Shown piece by piece: positions 1-12,200 of a stretch of DNA of 64,000 nt; position 1 is the stretch's first letter; each line of letters opens with the position of its first letter. The position numbers were made by a program, and so were the translations under genes. The notes under the pieces were generated by a model. It searched no databases. It was not told where the DNA came from and saw only the letters and a program-made list of their open reading frames with translations. Source of the stretch: Octopus sinensis (taxonomy: Eukaryota); assembly GCF_006345805.1 (NCBI RefSeq), contig NC_042997.1, positions 18,414,001 to 18,478,000 on the forward strand, in the 5' to 3' direction.

Positions 1-984
1 TTGATTAAAGCATTTAGAATTGATATATTCATAATACAAAACTTGGAACCTAAAATAAAGCTCCCCACAAAAAAGAAGAAAAAGAAAAGAAAAGAAGGGT
101 AGGGGCTTAATATTCTGAAGTCAATGATATCAAGGAATATGGAATCTATTTATGATGAGACCTAATTTAATATCTTATAATAAACCAGGCAGTATTATTT
201 CAGATTATTATTTCTCTCCTTCCTAACAGATTTTTCAAATGATAAATAATAATAAATAAATAAATCTAGGGCAGTTATATATATATATTTTTAGGGATAT
301 GATTAAGCTTTGTTTTGTAAAAATATTTGAGAATCCTACTATCTAAAGATTTGATATTTTTCTACTGAAATTCAGGCCATGTATGCATTCTCATAGCTTG
401 AAGCCAAAATATTCGCGTCATCACTACAACACTTTGCTCTTCACCATAATTAATTCTCATATCTTCAACAGCAGAAAGGCCATATTTTCTTCTATCTCTT
501 CCCTACAAACATAGAATTCATTCTTCAGGGTAATCGACTTCAGAATATATTACCTATTCTAAATAAATTCCAAAGGATTCTTCCCACTTACTTTTCCTTT
601 TCTTTTCAAGATATATTATTATTGCTGAAGCCGATGTCATTTTTTCTTTTCGGTTGTTATCATAGTTATTATCAACTTTATCATTATCATTATCTTATCA
701 TCACCATCATCACCACCATCAGAAGCAGCAGCAGCAGCAGAACATCAGCAGTAGTGATGTGGTTGTTTTCCTACCATATATTTTAAAATTGGTATTTTTT
801 TAAAGTGCTTTCTTCAAATTGGGGTCATTTATATTTGATTTCCCCCATTTCACTTTTTCATTTTTTCTTCTTTCCCTGTTGTCATTCCCTCATTTTTACC
901 TCTCACACTCTGTCCCTATTTATATGTGTATCTGTTTATCCCTTTCCAGAGCAGTTTTGAAATATTTCTTTATCACAGGCATTA

Positions 985-1112
985 TCATCATCATCATCAT
1001 CGTCATTGTCATTGTTGTTGTCATTGTTATTGTCATACTACTGGCTTTGTTACTCATCACCACCATCATCACCACCACCATCATCATCATCATCATCATC
1101 ATCATCACCACT
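985..1112. repeat. (CAT/CAC)n trinucleotide microsatellite
   Basis: Direct reading; it generates the poly-I/H/S/M ORFs at 819-1263. Confidence 0.95.
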
Positions 1113-1261
1113 CACACCACTACCATTATCAACATTCCCCTCCTCCAGTCACAATTATCATAATCATCATCAATATATATTTTTTAGACATTTACTGGCA
1201 GCATATTATCATACTATTAAGCTACTACCACTACCACTCTTACCTCAGCTAAAGCTTCCCT

Positions 1262-1700
1262 GAGAAATAGTGGGGAGGCTGCAATAAATGGAAGAGACCC
1301 CTTGTACATGTGATGTACATGTTTTATGAAATTAAGAAAGAGATGAGACAAAAAAGACTTAATACAACTGATCAAATTGCTAGAAATAGCAGACAAATTT
1401 TTTTTGCTTGACACCCTACTATCTTAACAAAAGAAGGCCACATTGAATAACATGGTCTTGGATGTATGGATATATATACTACCTGAAAAAAGGAAGGTTT
1501 GTGATAAGTGGAATGCCTTTGACCATAAGTCTGTCCAGTAAGACATAACCAGGGGTTAAACAACAACAAACAGAATGGAGGAAATAAATGCTTGATCCCA
1601 TAGGATATGAACGCACAAAAATGGAAGTTGAAGCTAATGAAAATCATTTAGCTTGGTGTTGAACTATCTTAATGAACTCACTCTACTACTAGTAATTATA
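1262..1700 (+). mobile_element. Highly degraded CR1/L2-type LINE 3' relic
   Basis: One plus frame with stops reads 'KKDLIQLIKLLE...VCDKWNAF', resembling the CR1 C-terminal GDLIxxFKIL and VVxxWNxL motifs (recognised from memory). Confidence 0.35.
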
Positions 1701-3094
1701 ATAATTACTTCGATAAAAAACATTGCTGGGTTATGATACCAATGACTACACAATCTATAGCTATGAGTCAATGGGGAAGGTAACTTGAACTTGCTAAACA
1801 TAGCAGTCACATATCCCTCCAATTTGGTAGCTATTTCCAGCAGGGCAAGTAATTATGTTGAGCTCTCCTTTTTGACTTGTAAATATCCATTTGTTGCTAA
1901 CACTTACTACACAAATTTGACCCAAATGGTTATTTTGCCCCCTTGCCCCATTGCAACCATTTACCACTTTTTCTTTCTTTCTCTCTCTCTTGCTTTTCAT
2001 GTATTTTTCTTATTTTGCAGTTGTGAATTTCAACTAAAATTCTAACATTGGTAAAATGTAGCACAGAGGATGATGAAGGAACATATTGAAAATAGCAAAA
2101 AAGCACACAAAGTAGTGGGCATGCTCACCCCTCATCAGTTATTGCCCAAACATCATAACAGTTTCACACCTTATCAATAAAATTGTTCACTTTGGAGATA
2201 TACCAAACAGCAAAATGCTACAGGGTATAAAAGAGTGAATATGAAGGAAAGGATGAGGTAAGTGCAAAAAGGGGAAAAGAATGAAAATATGAAACAAGGT
2301 CGCTAGACCAAATGGTAGTAATATATGGGAAAATATATATAAAACTGTTATATTGCAATACTACACAGTGGCTGTGTGAGCTACAAAATCCTCATCGCCA
2401 CTGTTATATCACATGTTCAGATGACCTCTACTCAACTCATCGATGTCTAGACTTCTCCCTTTATATCTATGTATTGGGCTAGCCTACTTCACCATCTGGG
2501 GGTATCGACACAACAAAAACAAAAAAGCAAACACTAATGAAAAATAAAACACAATAAATGATACAAGTATTTGTATATACAGTGAGGCCTTTAAGCTATG
2601 TGACAGAATTTAGACGTTTGTGAAATAATTTTGATTGATATAGTTGTAGATAAAAACTTGTAGAACAAATTTAGTAACAGTTTGACATAACTGACCACAT
2701 TTCCTCTTCAAACTCATCCCATGAAGCGTATTGAATCAGAGCAACTTTACAGAATTTGAGTGCAATTGTCTTTTAATTTCTTCTGCTCTAAAGATTCTAC
2801 AATTTCTAAAGAAATCATGTCTAGGAACTAAAAGATGATTATATCTAGTTTCTAAAATTGGTTTATTCAACAGTGATAAATGGTAAGAAAATGCTGTATC
2901 TGTTCTTTCTCTCAGCATTATGATAGCACTGGTCCCCTTGCTTTTCCCTTGTACAACATCGATGGGGTGGAGATGAGACTTGTGTGTGGATGATAGGTGG
3001 TCTTCTATAAAATAACAACAACAACACTGTACAGGCATGTATCTTGGAAACGAATGTTCCAGATATAAATCCATAGTTTTATATGACATATAGA

Positions 3095-3222
3095 AGTTCA
3101 GAGAAAGGAATGAATGTCAAAGTTGACCTGGGCAGAATTTGAACTCTGAATATAGGCAAATAAAACTAAATTATATAAGGCATTTAGTGTAATTTTCTAC
3201 TATTTCTGCCAACTCACCAGTC
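3095..3222 (-). mobile_element. SINE family M fragment
   Basis: Reverse complement resembles the family M head/central part (GAGTTCAAATTCTGCC..GGTCAACTTTG) seen at 18463, 32087 and 51039. Confidence 0.55.
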
Positions 3223-3542
3223 AGAATGATCTTTGTGCTTTTAATGTCTTACTCCCTACATACAAACATAGACACACATTATATCATGAAGTAGCCATAA
3301 AGTAGATTACACCATTATTTTCCTTTTAAGAACTTCTCTTGTATAAGAAATAGTAGAGCATTTACTGCTTTATGGAAGAAGAGGAAGAAGAAAGTGAAAC
3401 ACAAAATCTAACATAAAGCAATGAGTTTGTCAGCCATTCCTTCTTTCTCCTAATTTATATTATTAACTAAGGTCTTGTAGCTAACTGTTATAACAGCCCT
3501 TGATAGTGTCTTCCTAGTTCATAAAATCTTAAGCTTAGCAGA

Positions 3543-3554
3543 ATATATATATAT

Positions 3555-3599
<45 letters not shown>

Positions 3600-3783
3600 C
3601 ATACATACATACATACATACTTATATATATATATATAGGTATATATATACATATATATAAATATATCTATATACACATATATATATGTGTGTGTACATAT
3701 ATATACATACATACATACGTACATATATACACACATACACATGCACACACTCAACGCACGCACAAACACGCACATATATATAT
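3543..3783. repeat. Compound (TA)n/(TACA)n/(CA)n microsatellite
   Basis: Direct reading. Confidence 0.95.
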
Positions 3784-3806
3784 AGTTCTTTGATTTGTGT
3801 TTATTT

Positions 3807-3909
3807 TTAGCCAAATAACTTATCTTTGTAGAAGTCAAAAATCTGCAGAGTTTCCCTGTACATCTGTAGATTTTCAGGCAATAATTTATCTCCTGCTGCA
3901 ACTATAGAG
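3807..3909 (-). CDS. Candidate terminal coding exon, unknown protein (SIVAAGDKLLPENLQMYRETLQIFDFYKDKLFG*)
   Basis: T-rich acceptor (AG at 3911-3910), one open frame to TAA at 3809-3807, AATAAA at 3805-3800. No homologue recognised. Confidence 0.2.
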
Positions 3910-4784
3910 CTAAAAAAAAAAGAAATGCAAAAAAAAAAAAAAAACCCACAACAAAAAAGAAAAAGAAATGAAGCAAACAAACAAACAAAAACACTATTTT
4001 CCTTCTTTTAAATCCTCCCACTAAAAAGGAGACCCACTTGTTGTTTGGTAATCATTCTTCAACTCGATCGGCTCTCTTCAATGACACTGCAGTAACTACA
4101 AGAGTATTAAATATTTTTATCACTTCTCTCCATTTATTTATTATTAGTGGTGCTGTTTCTTGCTCTTATTGCTATTGTTGTTGTTGTTGGTATTATTATT
4201 ATTATTATTATTGTTGTTGTTGTTGTTGTTGTGGCTGTTGTTGTTAACATTATTTGTCTTTTTTTTTTCCTGTAGTTAATACAATTTTCATTGGCTTTCA
4301 AGCAATACTTTATCAATATCTCATAGAAAGCTTTCAAACTCTAGTATATTATTAGATATAGCCTATTTCTTTATGCCAGTTACTTTAACTTTTATTCTCA
4401 GAGTTTCTCTTTGAATCAAGCTCATAAATTTTATCTGAAATGACAAACCATATCCTTAACAACCAGAACTTCACCCTCCACCATCATTTTTTTTTGTTAT
4501 TTATCTTTTATGTATTATTTTTTATTATATCTTTTTCTCTGTTTTATTTCATTTTTCTTATATTAATTCTGTCTTGAACAAGTTCCGTAGTAGTAAGGAA
4601 TTATATTTTACAAGATTCTTACAACTGGTTTTAACACTAGTGAGCATAATAGTATGTGTGTTTGTACTTATTGGGGGTACTGTGTTCATTGTTCAAAGGA
4701 TATAAAAGCACCAAAGAATGAGATCCAATGAAAAATAGAGAACAGAAACACATACATATATGTCTGTACCCACACATACTCATA

Positions 4785-4832
4785 TATTATATATATATAT
4801 ATATAGATATATGTATGTACTCATACATCTTC

Positions 4833-4876
<44 letters not shown>

Positions 4877-4879
4877 GTA

Positions 4880-4910
<31 letters not shown>

Positions 4911-4921
4911 ATGTATGTGTG

Positions 4922-4955
<34 letters not shown>

Positions 4956-5038
4956 TGTATGTAGGTATGTATAGTGAGAGAGAGAGAGAGGAGGGGGGAG
5001 AGAGTGAGGGAGAGAGGAGGGGGAGAGAGTGAGAGAGA
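4785..5038. repeat. Compound (TA)n/(TATG)n/(GA)n microsatellite
   Basis: Direct reading. Confidence 0.95.
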
Positions 5039-5544
5039 AGATTGGTTAGTTGGTTCAATGAGCACGAATATGGAATGGCGATAGTCATAAAGTAATCTTT
5101 TCATTAGAATCTGAGAATGATCTGAGACTAGGAGTTCAGTTTCTGCTTGATTAAAGCTAACAATACCAGTTTTAAGTCCTACATCAAAAATCAAATGATG
5201 TTATTGTCCAGAATCTACAAAAACTCTAAAGCTAAATTTGTTTGAAAAGAATGAAGCAAAAAAGGCTAATGAATAAGACGAGTGTTTAACCATTTGTATA
5301 CCTTCAGGTATTCCTTGAGTTTTAGTTTGATGGAGCAGTGTACGAGGAAACAAGGAGGAGTTACGGAAGAGAGATAAGTAACTAATCCGAAGATGACAAA
5401 CCTTACAAATGAGATGACAAGGGATCTTATCAAGTGATGAGACAATGTACTGGAGAACCCATGCATACAAGAAAACTAATGTGGAATGATGATATTTTTC
5501 AGTGTATCTGAAGAAAATTCAGTGCAGTGCCAATATAATTAAGA

Positions 5545-5760
5545 TTCAAGGTGACAAAGTGGTGGAATCATTAGCATGCTGGGTAAATGGTATTTTGTCT
5601 GTCTTTATGTTTTGAGTTCAAATTCTGTTAAGGTTGACTATGCCTTTCATACTTTTGGCGTTGATAAAATAAGTACCAGTCAAGCACTGAGGTTGCTATA
5701 ATCAATTTACTCTTTCCTCCGAAATTGCTGGCCTTGTACCAAAATTTGAAAACAATATAA
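5545..5760 (+). mobile_element. SINE family M copy (diverged)
   Basis: B-box-like GAGTTCAAATTC followed by GCCTTTCAT..TTGATAAAATAAGTACCAG. Confidence 0.7.
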
Positions 5761-5837
5761 TTACAAGATCTCTCTGTACATAGCTGGAATTATTTCACCA
5801 TTGTATAAATGCAGTTTATTCTTTTTTTATACAAATA

Positions 5838-6006
5838 GGCGTAGGAGTGGCTGTGTGGTAAGTAGCTTGCTTACAAACCACATGGATCCGGGTTCAGTCC
5901 CACTGCATGGCACCTTGGGCAAGTGTCTTCTACTATAGCCTCGGACCGACCAAAGCCTTGTGAGTGGATTTGTTAGACGGAAACTGAAAGAAGCCCTTCG
6001 TATGTG

Positions 6007-6061
<55 letters not shown>

Positions 6062-6577
6062 AGGTGCAATGGCCCAGTGGTTAGGGCAGCGGACTCGCGG
6101 TCATAGAATTGCGGTTTCGATCCACAGACCGGGCGTAGTGAGTGTTTATTGAGCGAAAACACCTAAAAAGCTCCACGAGGCTCCGGCAGGGGGTGGTGAT
6201 CCCTGCTGTACTCTTTCACCACACTTTCTCCTACTCTTTCTTCTGTTGGCCTGCTCGCTTAGCCTGAAGGCTAAAACAATGCGAACGCATTGTGACCAGC
6301 GATGTGTAACAACATCTGATGGTCTGGTCGGTCACGTGATCACGTGATATATATATATGAGTGTGTGTGTCTGTGTGTGTGTGTGTGTATGTGTGTGTTT
6401 CTGTGTCTGTGTTTGTCACCCCAACATCACTTGACAACTGATGCTGGTGTGTTTATGTCCCCGTAACTTAGCGGTTCAGCAAAAGAGACCGATAGAATAG
6501 GTACTAGGCTTACAAAGGCAGTGCTCCAGCATGGCCACAGTCAAATGACTGAAACAAGTAAAAGAGTAAAAGAGTAA
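5838..6577 (+). mobile_element. SINE family A (tRNA head + CORE-like domain, internal TA/TG tract, AAAGAGT tail), interrupted by a family B copy
   Basis: Head GGCGTAGGAGTGGCTGTGTGG, B-box-like GGTTCAGTCCC, CORE-like GGCACCTTGGGCAAGTGTCTT; collinear with the copies at 35127, 44056, 44725 and 45930. Confidence 0.9.
6060..6348 (+). mobile_element. SINE family B copy nested in the (TA)n tract of the family A SINE
   Basis: tRNA-like head GGAGGTGCAATGGCCCAGTGGTTAGGG; first ~180 bp match 20785-20970; (TA)n on both sides. Confidence 0.85.
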
Positions 6578-7037
6578 ATACAATAGAAATAGAAATACTA
6601 TAAAAGATTATAGTAAAAGCTAAATACTATAAAATGTAGAATATCATACGCTTATGCTTCCCTTTAAAGGAATAAATCACAGAATCTCTGATACAATAAA
6701 TTACAAGAATAAATAATTTATTGAACTAACTCCCATAAGATTTGTACTTTCTGAGCTGGACCACCACGAGGCTTAACCTTTCAATATCTGTAGAATAAGT
6801 ACAAGGAATATATAAGGTTCAATTTTATTCACCATATATTTCATACAAAAATTATATCTTATGTTAAGTAAAAAGAAAAAAGGAGTTTTTCATTAAATAA
6901 AAGGTGTTATGTGTTCAAAATATAGAAATATATTTGTGCGTGAGTAAACGTGTGTGTGTGTGTGTGCATAAGTGTGTGTGTATTCTTTTATTCTTTTACT
7001 TGTTCCAGTCATATATATATATATGAGTGTGTGTGTG

Positions 7038-7073
<36 letters not shown>

Positions 7074-7084
7074 CTTTCTCTTTT

Positions 7085-7420
7085 CTCTCTTTTACTTGTT
7101 TCAGTCATTCGACTGTGGCCATGCTGGAGCACCACCTTTAGTCGAGCAAATCGACCCCGGGACTTATTCTTTGTAAGGCCAGTACTTATTCTATCGGTCT
7201 CTTTTGCTGAACCGCTAAGTGACGGGGACGTAAACACACCAGCATTGGTTGTCAAGCAATGCTAGGAGGACAAACACAGACACACAAACACACATACATA
7301 TATATATATATATACATATATACGACAGGCTTCTTTCAGTATCTGTCTACCAAATCCACTCACAAGGCATTGGTCGGCCCGGGGCTATAGCAGAAGACAC
7401 TTGCCCAAGATGCCACGCAG
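7085..7420 (-). mobile_element. SINE family A copy, 5'-truncated
   Basis: Reverse complement of the family A body from the CORE-like region to the tail. Confidence 0.9.
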
Positions 7421-7434
7421 TATGAGTATGTGTG

Positions 7435-7537
<103 letters not shown>

Positions 7538-7545
7538 ATATATAT

Positions 7546-7827
7546 AAACAGCACCATGATGCAATTCACTCTTCTAGAAATTTGCAAACAACAAGCTGTT
7601 CTACTTGGCATCCATGCCGGAAGCTCCAATTCAAACACTTCAGAGTGTTTGGGTGTCAATCTGAGGAAAGTGCAACCTGAGGACATGTACCAAGAGTAAT
7701 GAAAATCAAACATCCAGTCAACACCATGGTGCTTGGAATGATCATTAGTGATGGTGACGTTATACCTCCGTTCGTCTTCCCACATGGCTTCAGACTCAAA
7801 ACAGAGGCCTACATGAAGTGCCTGGAA
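7546..7827 (+). mobile_element. Internally deleted Tc1/mariner-superfamily (probably DD37D/maT-like) transposase relic
   Basis: Reads MMQFTLLEICKQQAVLLGIHAGSSNSNTSECLGVNLRKVQ, then PEDVPRVMKIKHPVNTMVLGMIISDGDVIPPFVFPHGFRLKTEAYMKCLE, typical of the mariner-like catalytic region. Confidence 0.65.
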
Positions 7828-8932
7828 CTCTTAACAGGAGGAGATCCAGTTTTGCTTTGATTATAATCCATCCCATGTAGGTATCTCAGGCCTTTTGGAA
7901 GGATAATGTAGAGGTCTGGGTCCTTGAAACCCAAGCTGTTGCAGTATCTGGTCCTGTATCCTGATGACAACGTTGGGGTCTTTGGCACTATGCAGTTGTG
8001 TCACATTTTACTGTCTGTGTAAATTTCAAAGTTTGGTATAAGTCTGTCCAGGATTTTCCAGATGTATATCACTCCACAGCTTTCCCACCTTTGTTCTAGG
8101 GAGTAGAGTCTCAACATTTTCAACCTCACCCAGTAGCTAACATGTCACATTGAGATGATCTTCTTTGAGTAGCTTTGCTGAATTACTTCAAGTTCCACCA
8201 TTAATTTAACACTGTGGTGACCATAGTTGGGAGTAGTAGTCATAATGGCTGAGGCAAATGTTCCCCAGAGGACCATTTTGGCTTCCTGTTCTCTTATTCT
8301 GTAAGTTCTGAGGATCCATCCAGTCTACTGCCTACATTTTTATTGCTAACTTAGTAACATACGCCTGGAAAGATACATCATTACTCTTGTCAATGAAGGG
8401 TCATGCACTGATTTTGACTCAGGGATTGCAATCTCTCCTGGGCCAATGTATACTGTGTGTGTCTCATTCAGCTTCTTGTGTTGGTAGGATAAGGTTTGGA
8501 ATTTTCCAGCAATAATATGGATGTTATTTTCATCAGCCCACCTGTATATTGTATCCAACTCTTGTTGCAAATATGCAACATCTCCAGGGTTCCATATCCT
8601 CTGAGAAGCTTTCATATCATCTGTATAGCTAGCAAGGGTGGCTATTTGAGTAGCTGAGAGCATGTCTGAGAGAGCCACTATGAATAACAGTGGCCCCCAG
8701 ACAGTGCCCTGTGGCACACCACTCATTATTTGTGCTACCTTTGAGGTAGCCCCATTGGCTACAACTACCTGCTTTCTGTCTTTTAGAAAGTTGTGTAGCT
8801 ACTCTCCAAGTGTTTTTACTCTACTGAAGTCGTGCAGCTTGTGACATATCATACCATGGTCGATTTTATCAAAGGCTTTTGCAAAGGCGAGATATATCGC
8901 ATCCACATTTAAGTTGTTGAGTAGCTGCTTTT
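7828..8932 (-). mobile_element. CR1-clade LINE reverse transcriptase relic (ORF2 3' half)
   Basis: VDAIYLAFAKAFDKIDH, SGVPQGTVWGPLLFI, ASYTDD (YADD-like) and LQQELDTIYRWA motifs; stops and frameshifts. Confidence 0.85.
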
Positions 8933-9562
8933 GCGGGCAATGGGCTCCAAGGGTTGCGATGTGTGTTCAAGATGTCAATGTGCACTGTGTCCTGCAATTT
9001 AGATATTAGCATAGATTATATGCCTAAAAGTTTTTACAAGTTTAAAAGTTTGCATGAATTTTGTTATGCCTGATGTTCTTCTGAATGACAAATGCTGCAC
9101 AAAGAAAAGAAGTATTTAGTTTACAAGTCACTGTATTTTATGAACAAACATTAACAAATATTAAGGATGTCACAATATATGTATACATCATCCTTGATTC
9201 ATCTAAATATTCCTGAGTCAGTCTTTCTTTCCTATCAGTAATTATTCACAAATGTATTTAGCATGTCTTTATGCTTCTCTTGATGAGTAATAGAGTAGGT
9301 GTCATTGCTTATTTGTCTTGAACTATGTGTAAAACCTCTCCCATTATACTGTCTTACTTTGTCTTTCATTATAATTTCATATTTTTTTCACTCTCTCATC
9401 TATTATACTTTATTTTTCTCTTTCACGTGCTCATTATACTTCCTTGCACTCTTTCCTATTACATTTTCTCCTTTCTTTTTATGTGAGAGTCACAGCTGTT
9501 TCAATGAATAGTATAATTGTATACCAATCAAAAAGTTGACTAGTTCATCTCGCATTACTTAC

Positions 9563-9605
9563 ACTTGCATTGTATCTATGGTCAAGACACGATGCTTCTG
9601 ATATC
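9563..9605 (-). CDS. Candidate 43-nt internal exon (frame xYQKHRVLTIDTMQV)
   Basis: Acceptor TTTACTTCTAG (AG at 9607-9606) and donor GTAAGT (9562-9557); two of three frames are open. Confidence 0.2.
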
Positions 9606-9919
9606 CTAGAAGTAAATATATATAGATACAATTCAACTGTAAGGAAAGGGAAGATGGGGAAAACATTCTGTAATTAATGAGTGTGCTTCAATAGCATATA
9701 GTGCTGAGATTAAATACTCCCATAATTATAAATAAGAAAAGAATGGATTTATCTGTGTGACACAAAGTTTTCTATATTGACCCAGTGATCTAATGGTTTT
9801 TGTGGAACATAATTATATGTATGTCTGAATGTGTATACATAGTGTGTATATGTGTGTCTGATATAATAATTGTAATCATTCAAAGCAAGTAATAGTTATG
9901 AAATATACTACCTGTATTT

Positions 9920-10118
9920 TGGTGTCATTGTCATCATCATTATCATCATCATGGTCATCATGCTCCTCCTTATTACCATCCTTGTTCCTTGCCATTATTG
10001 TCATCACTGTCATAATTATCATTGTTGTAATTGTCTTCATCATCATCATCATCATCATCATCATCGTCATAATCCTCATTGTCCTTAGTGTTGTCATTAT
10101 CATCATTATCATCATCAT
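9920..10118. repeat. Degenerate (CAT)n microsatellite
   Basis: Direct reading. Confidence 0.9.
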
Positions 10119-11054
10119 TTTATGCTTTTCCATACCAGCGTGAGATGGTCAGGTCATCATGCTCTGAATCAGGTCTTATCAGGAATTACTTAGTTCTTGC
10201 TAGAAGTGTCATAGATCAAGTTTGATATAAATATTTCATTTTTGGGTATCTCCTATGTTATCCTTAGAAGCAGCTTAGTACTTAGTCAAAACTGTATTTT
10301 ATGAAATCAATTATTCATGTATTGGACAAAATATGTAATTTTAAAAGCTGCAGTTCTGAGGTATTAAACAATGTATAATGTTTAATTTAAGAATCTAGAA
10401 ACTTATCAAGTGATGTTGATCAGGTGATGCTGTTGATGTTGTTTTAACTCAGGCCAACCCCAACTGAGGAGTTCTACAACAGAAAACATTCTACTATGAT
10501 TATCTCATTATATTTTCAGACAATTCACAAAGACTGTTATCCAAATTGTGTCTTTCCTTTCTGCAAGATGGTAGGGCTTAATTTGAGCAGAAGTTGGCTT
10601 TTTTTCTTGTAAGTTGAACCACACATACAGGTATCCACATTATCTTGCTAATCATATGTCATTTTTTAGTCCCAGGTAAACAATGACCAAATAACTCTAT
10701 GATCAAAGCCATTCTATCTACAGCCATCTTGTCTTTTATTCAAACTGTATCAGCTATCACTACGTTATCCAATGTCATTATCATTATCAAATTTGATAAC
10801 GTAGGGTGTGATTTGACAGATTTTGTTGCTATTTCTAGTAATTTCAGTGACTATGTAGAAGCTCACTTGTTGGTTACTGTTTTAATGTGTTAAAAAGGTA
10901 GGTGTACTATTAGAATGAAGTTTAGCATAGGTGACTGAAAATAGGAATGTCAAAAGTTTAGGATACTCTACAGTAGTGACTGATATAGCGAATTTCCTTA
11001 GGAATCAATAGGGTATAACATTATTACCATTTGCTGGTTTATCCAATATGACGC

Positions 11055-11216
11055 AAGAGTGGTTGGCATTAGGAAGGGCATCCAGCTGTAGAAACTCTGC
11101 CAAATCCAGATTGGAGCCTGGTGCAGCCATCTGGTTCGCCAGCCCTCAGTCAAATCGTCCAACCCATGCTAGCATGGAAGGCGGATATTAAAAGATGATG
11201 ATGATGATGATGATGA
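11055..11216 (+). mobile_element. SINE family C 3' portion with (GAT)n tail
   Basis: GGCATTAGGAAGGGCATCCAGCTGTAGAAAC...CCAACCCATGCTAGCATGG; reverse complement of 30357-30510. Confidence 0.85.
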
Positions 11217-12029
11217 TTAATAATCTAATAATTGAAAATAAATAAGTGATGTCTGAATCAATTTATTATACTTCTCCTGAGATACGTGAAATCCTTAAAA
11301 TTTTGCAGTGTTAAGCTGTAGTGTGTTTGAAATTTCTAAACAAGAAGTTGGTTAGAACAGTCATACATGCCTCATCTGAGGAACTGGTTAGGAAAAACAT
11401 ATGTATTTCTTGGTTTATAGTGAAATAACTATTTTAAAATTATTGTAAATTTGCTTCTGATAGAAAAAGAAAAAAATAGTTTTCATTCTTCCAGTTAAGA
11501 ATATTTTTGTGTAGGATAAAAAAAAAGCATTAGTAAATGAAAAGAAATCAGAAACTCCTTGTTATTCCTCCAGATTTAATAAGTACTTTAAATTGTTACT
11601 ATTTAACTATGCTGCTCCTTTGCTACAAATTGGACTTGAGTATCATAAAATGAAATTATTATTTATGCTAATCAAGGCAGCTGATTGAAAGATCTGATAG
11701 AGCCTTAGGCAAAAGACAATGTTTAGTTATATTCATTTATGTTCTGTAAATTTCTCCTTTTCTTACTCTGAGGTTGATAAAATAAATACCAATTAAAATA
11801 ACAGGGTTGATCTAATTGATCTAAAAGTGTGTTGCTTTGTTCTTACAAATCATTATTTATGCTAGCATTGAAATGTCATGTTATATGAATATTAATAGTG
11901 AATTCCTTCTTTGAGTCTTGAACTCCAAATGGAATTCAGGGGCACCATCGTAACATGCATTTCGTCTCGGATATTTTAAACTTGGTAAAGCCAGTCTTTT
12001 TCCAGATCTGAACTGAACCAATTTCTTTG

Positions 12030-12200
12030 AGACTAAGAAAAGATAGAGAGAAGAATCAGCCCTGGAATTGGACTGATACTTTATCAACTTTAAAAGAATG
12101 AAAGGCAAAGTTGCCTTCAGTGATATTTAAAGGCAGAGCATGGTGAGTTGGAATAAATACTGCAAAATATCCAACCATAACTCTGCCAACTTACTTCCAA
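12030..12200 (-). mobile_element. SINE family M copy (diverged)
   Basis: Contains the reverse complement of CTTTGCCTTTCATTCTTTT..GTTGATAAAGTATCAG. Confidence 0.6.

Noticed and set aside
1246-1430. Apparent minus-strand exon with donor GCTGAG|GTAAGA
   Set aside because: The plus strand of the same interval reads as a CR1-like C-terminal relic, which is the simpler explanation.
2736-3089. 117-aa minus-strand ORF
   Set aside because: No recognisable domain or donor; the plus strand has faint RT-like words (ALVPLLF, LCVDD), so it may be antisense to an old LINE. Neither reading is supportable.
4835-5470. Two in-frame minus ORFs separated by a single TAA (possible read-through)
   Set aside because: The frame runs into microsatellite, and the plus strand shows a weak RT-like remnant (GREISN*SEDDK); there is no evidence of recoding.
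5838-5910. tRNA genes at the SINE heads (also 6060, 20785, 33940, 44725 and others)
   Set aside because: A- and B-box-like motifs are present, but there is no complete cloverleaf and each head continues into a SINE body.
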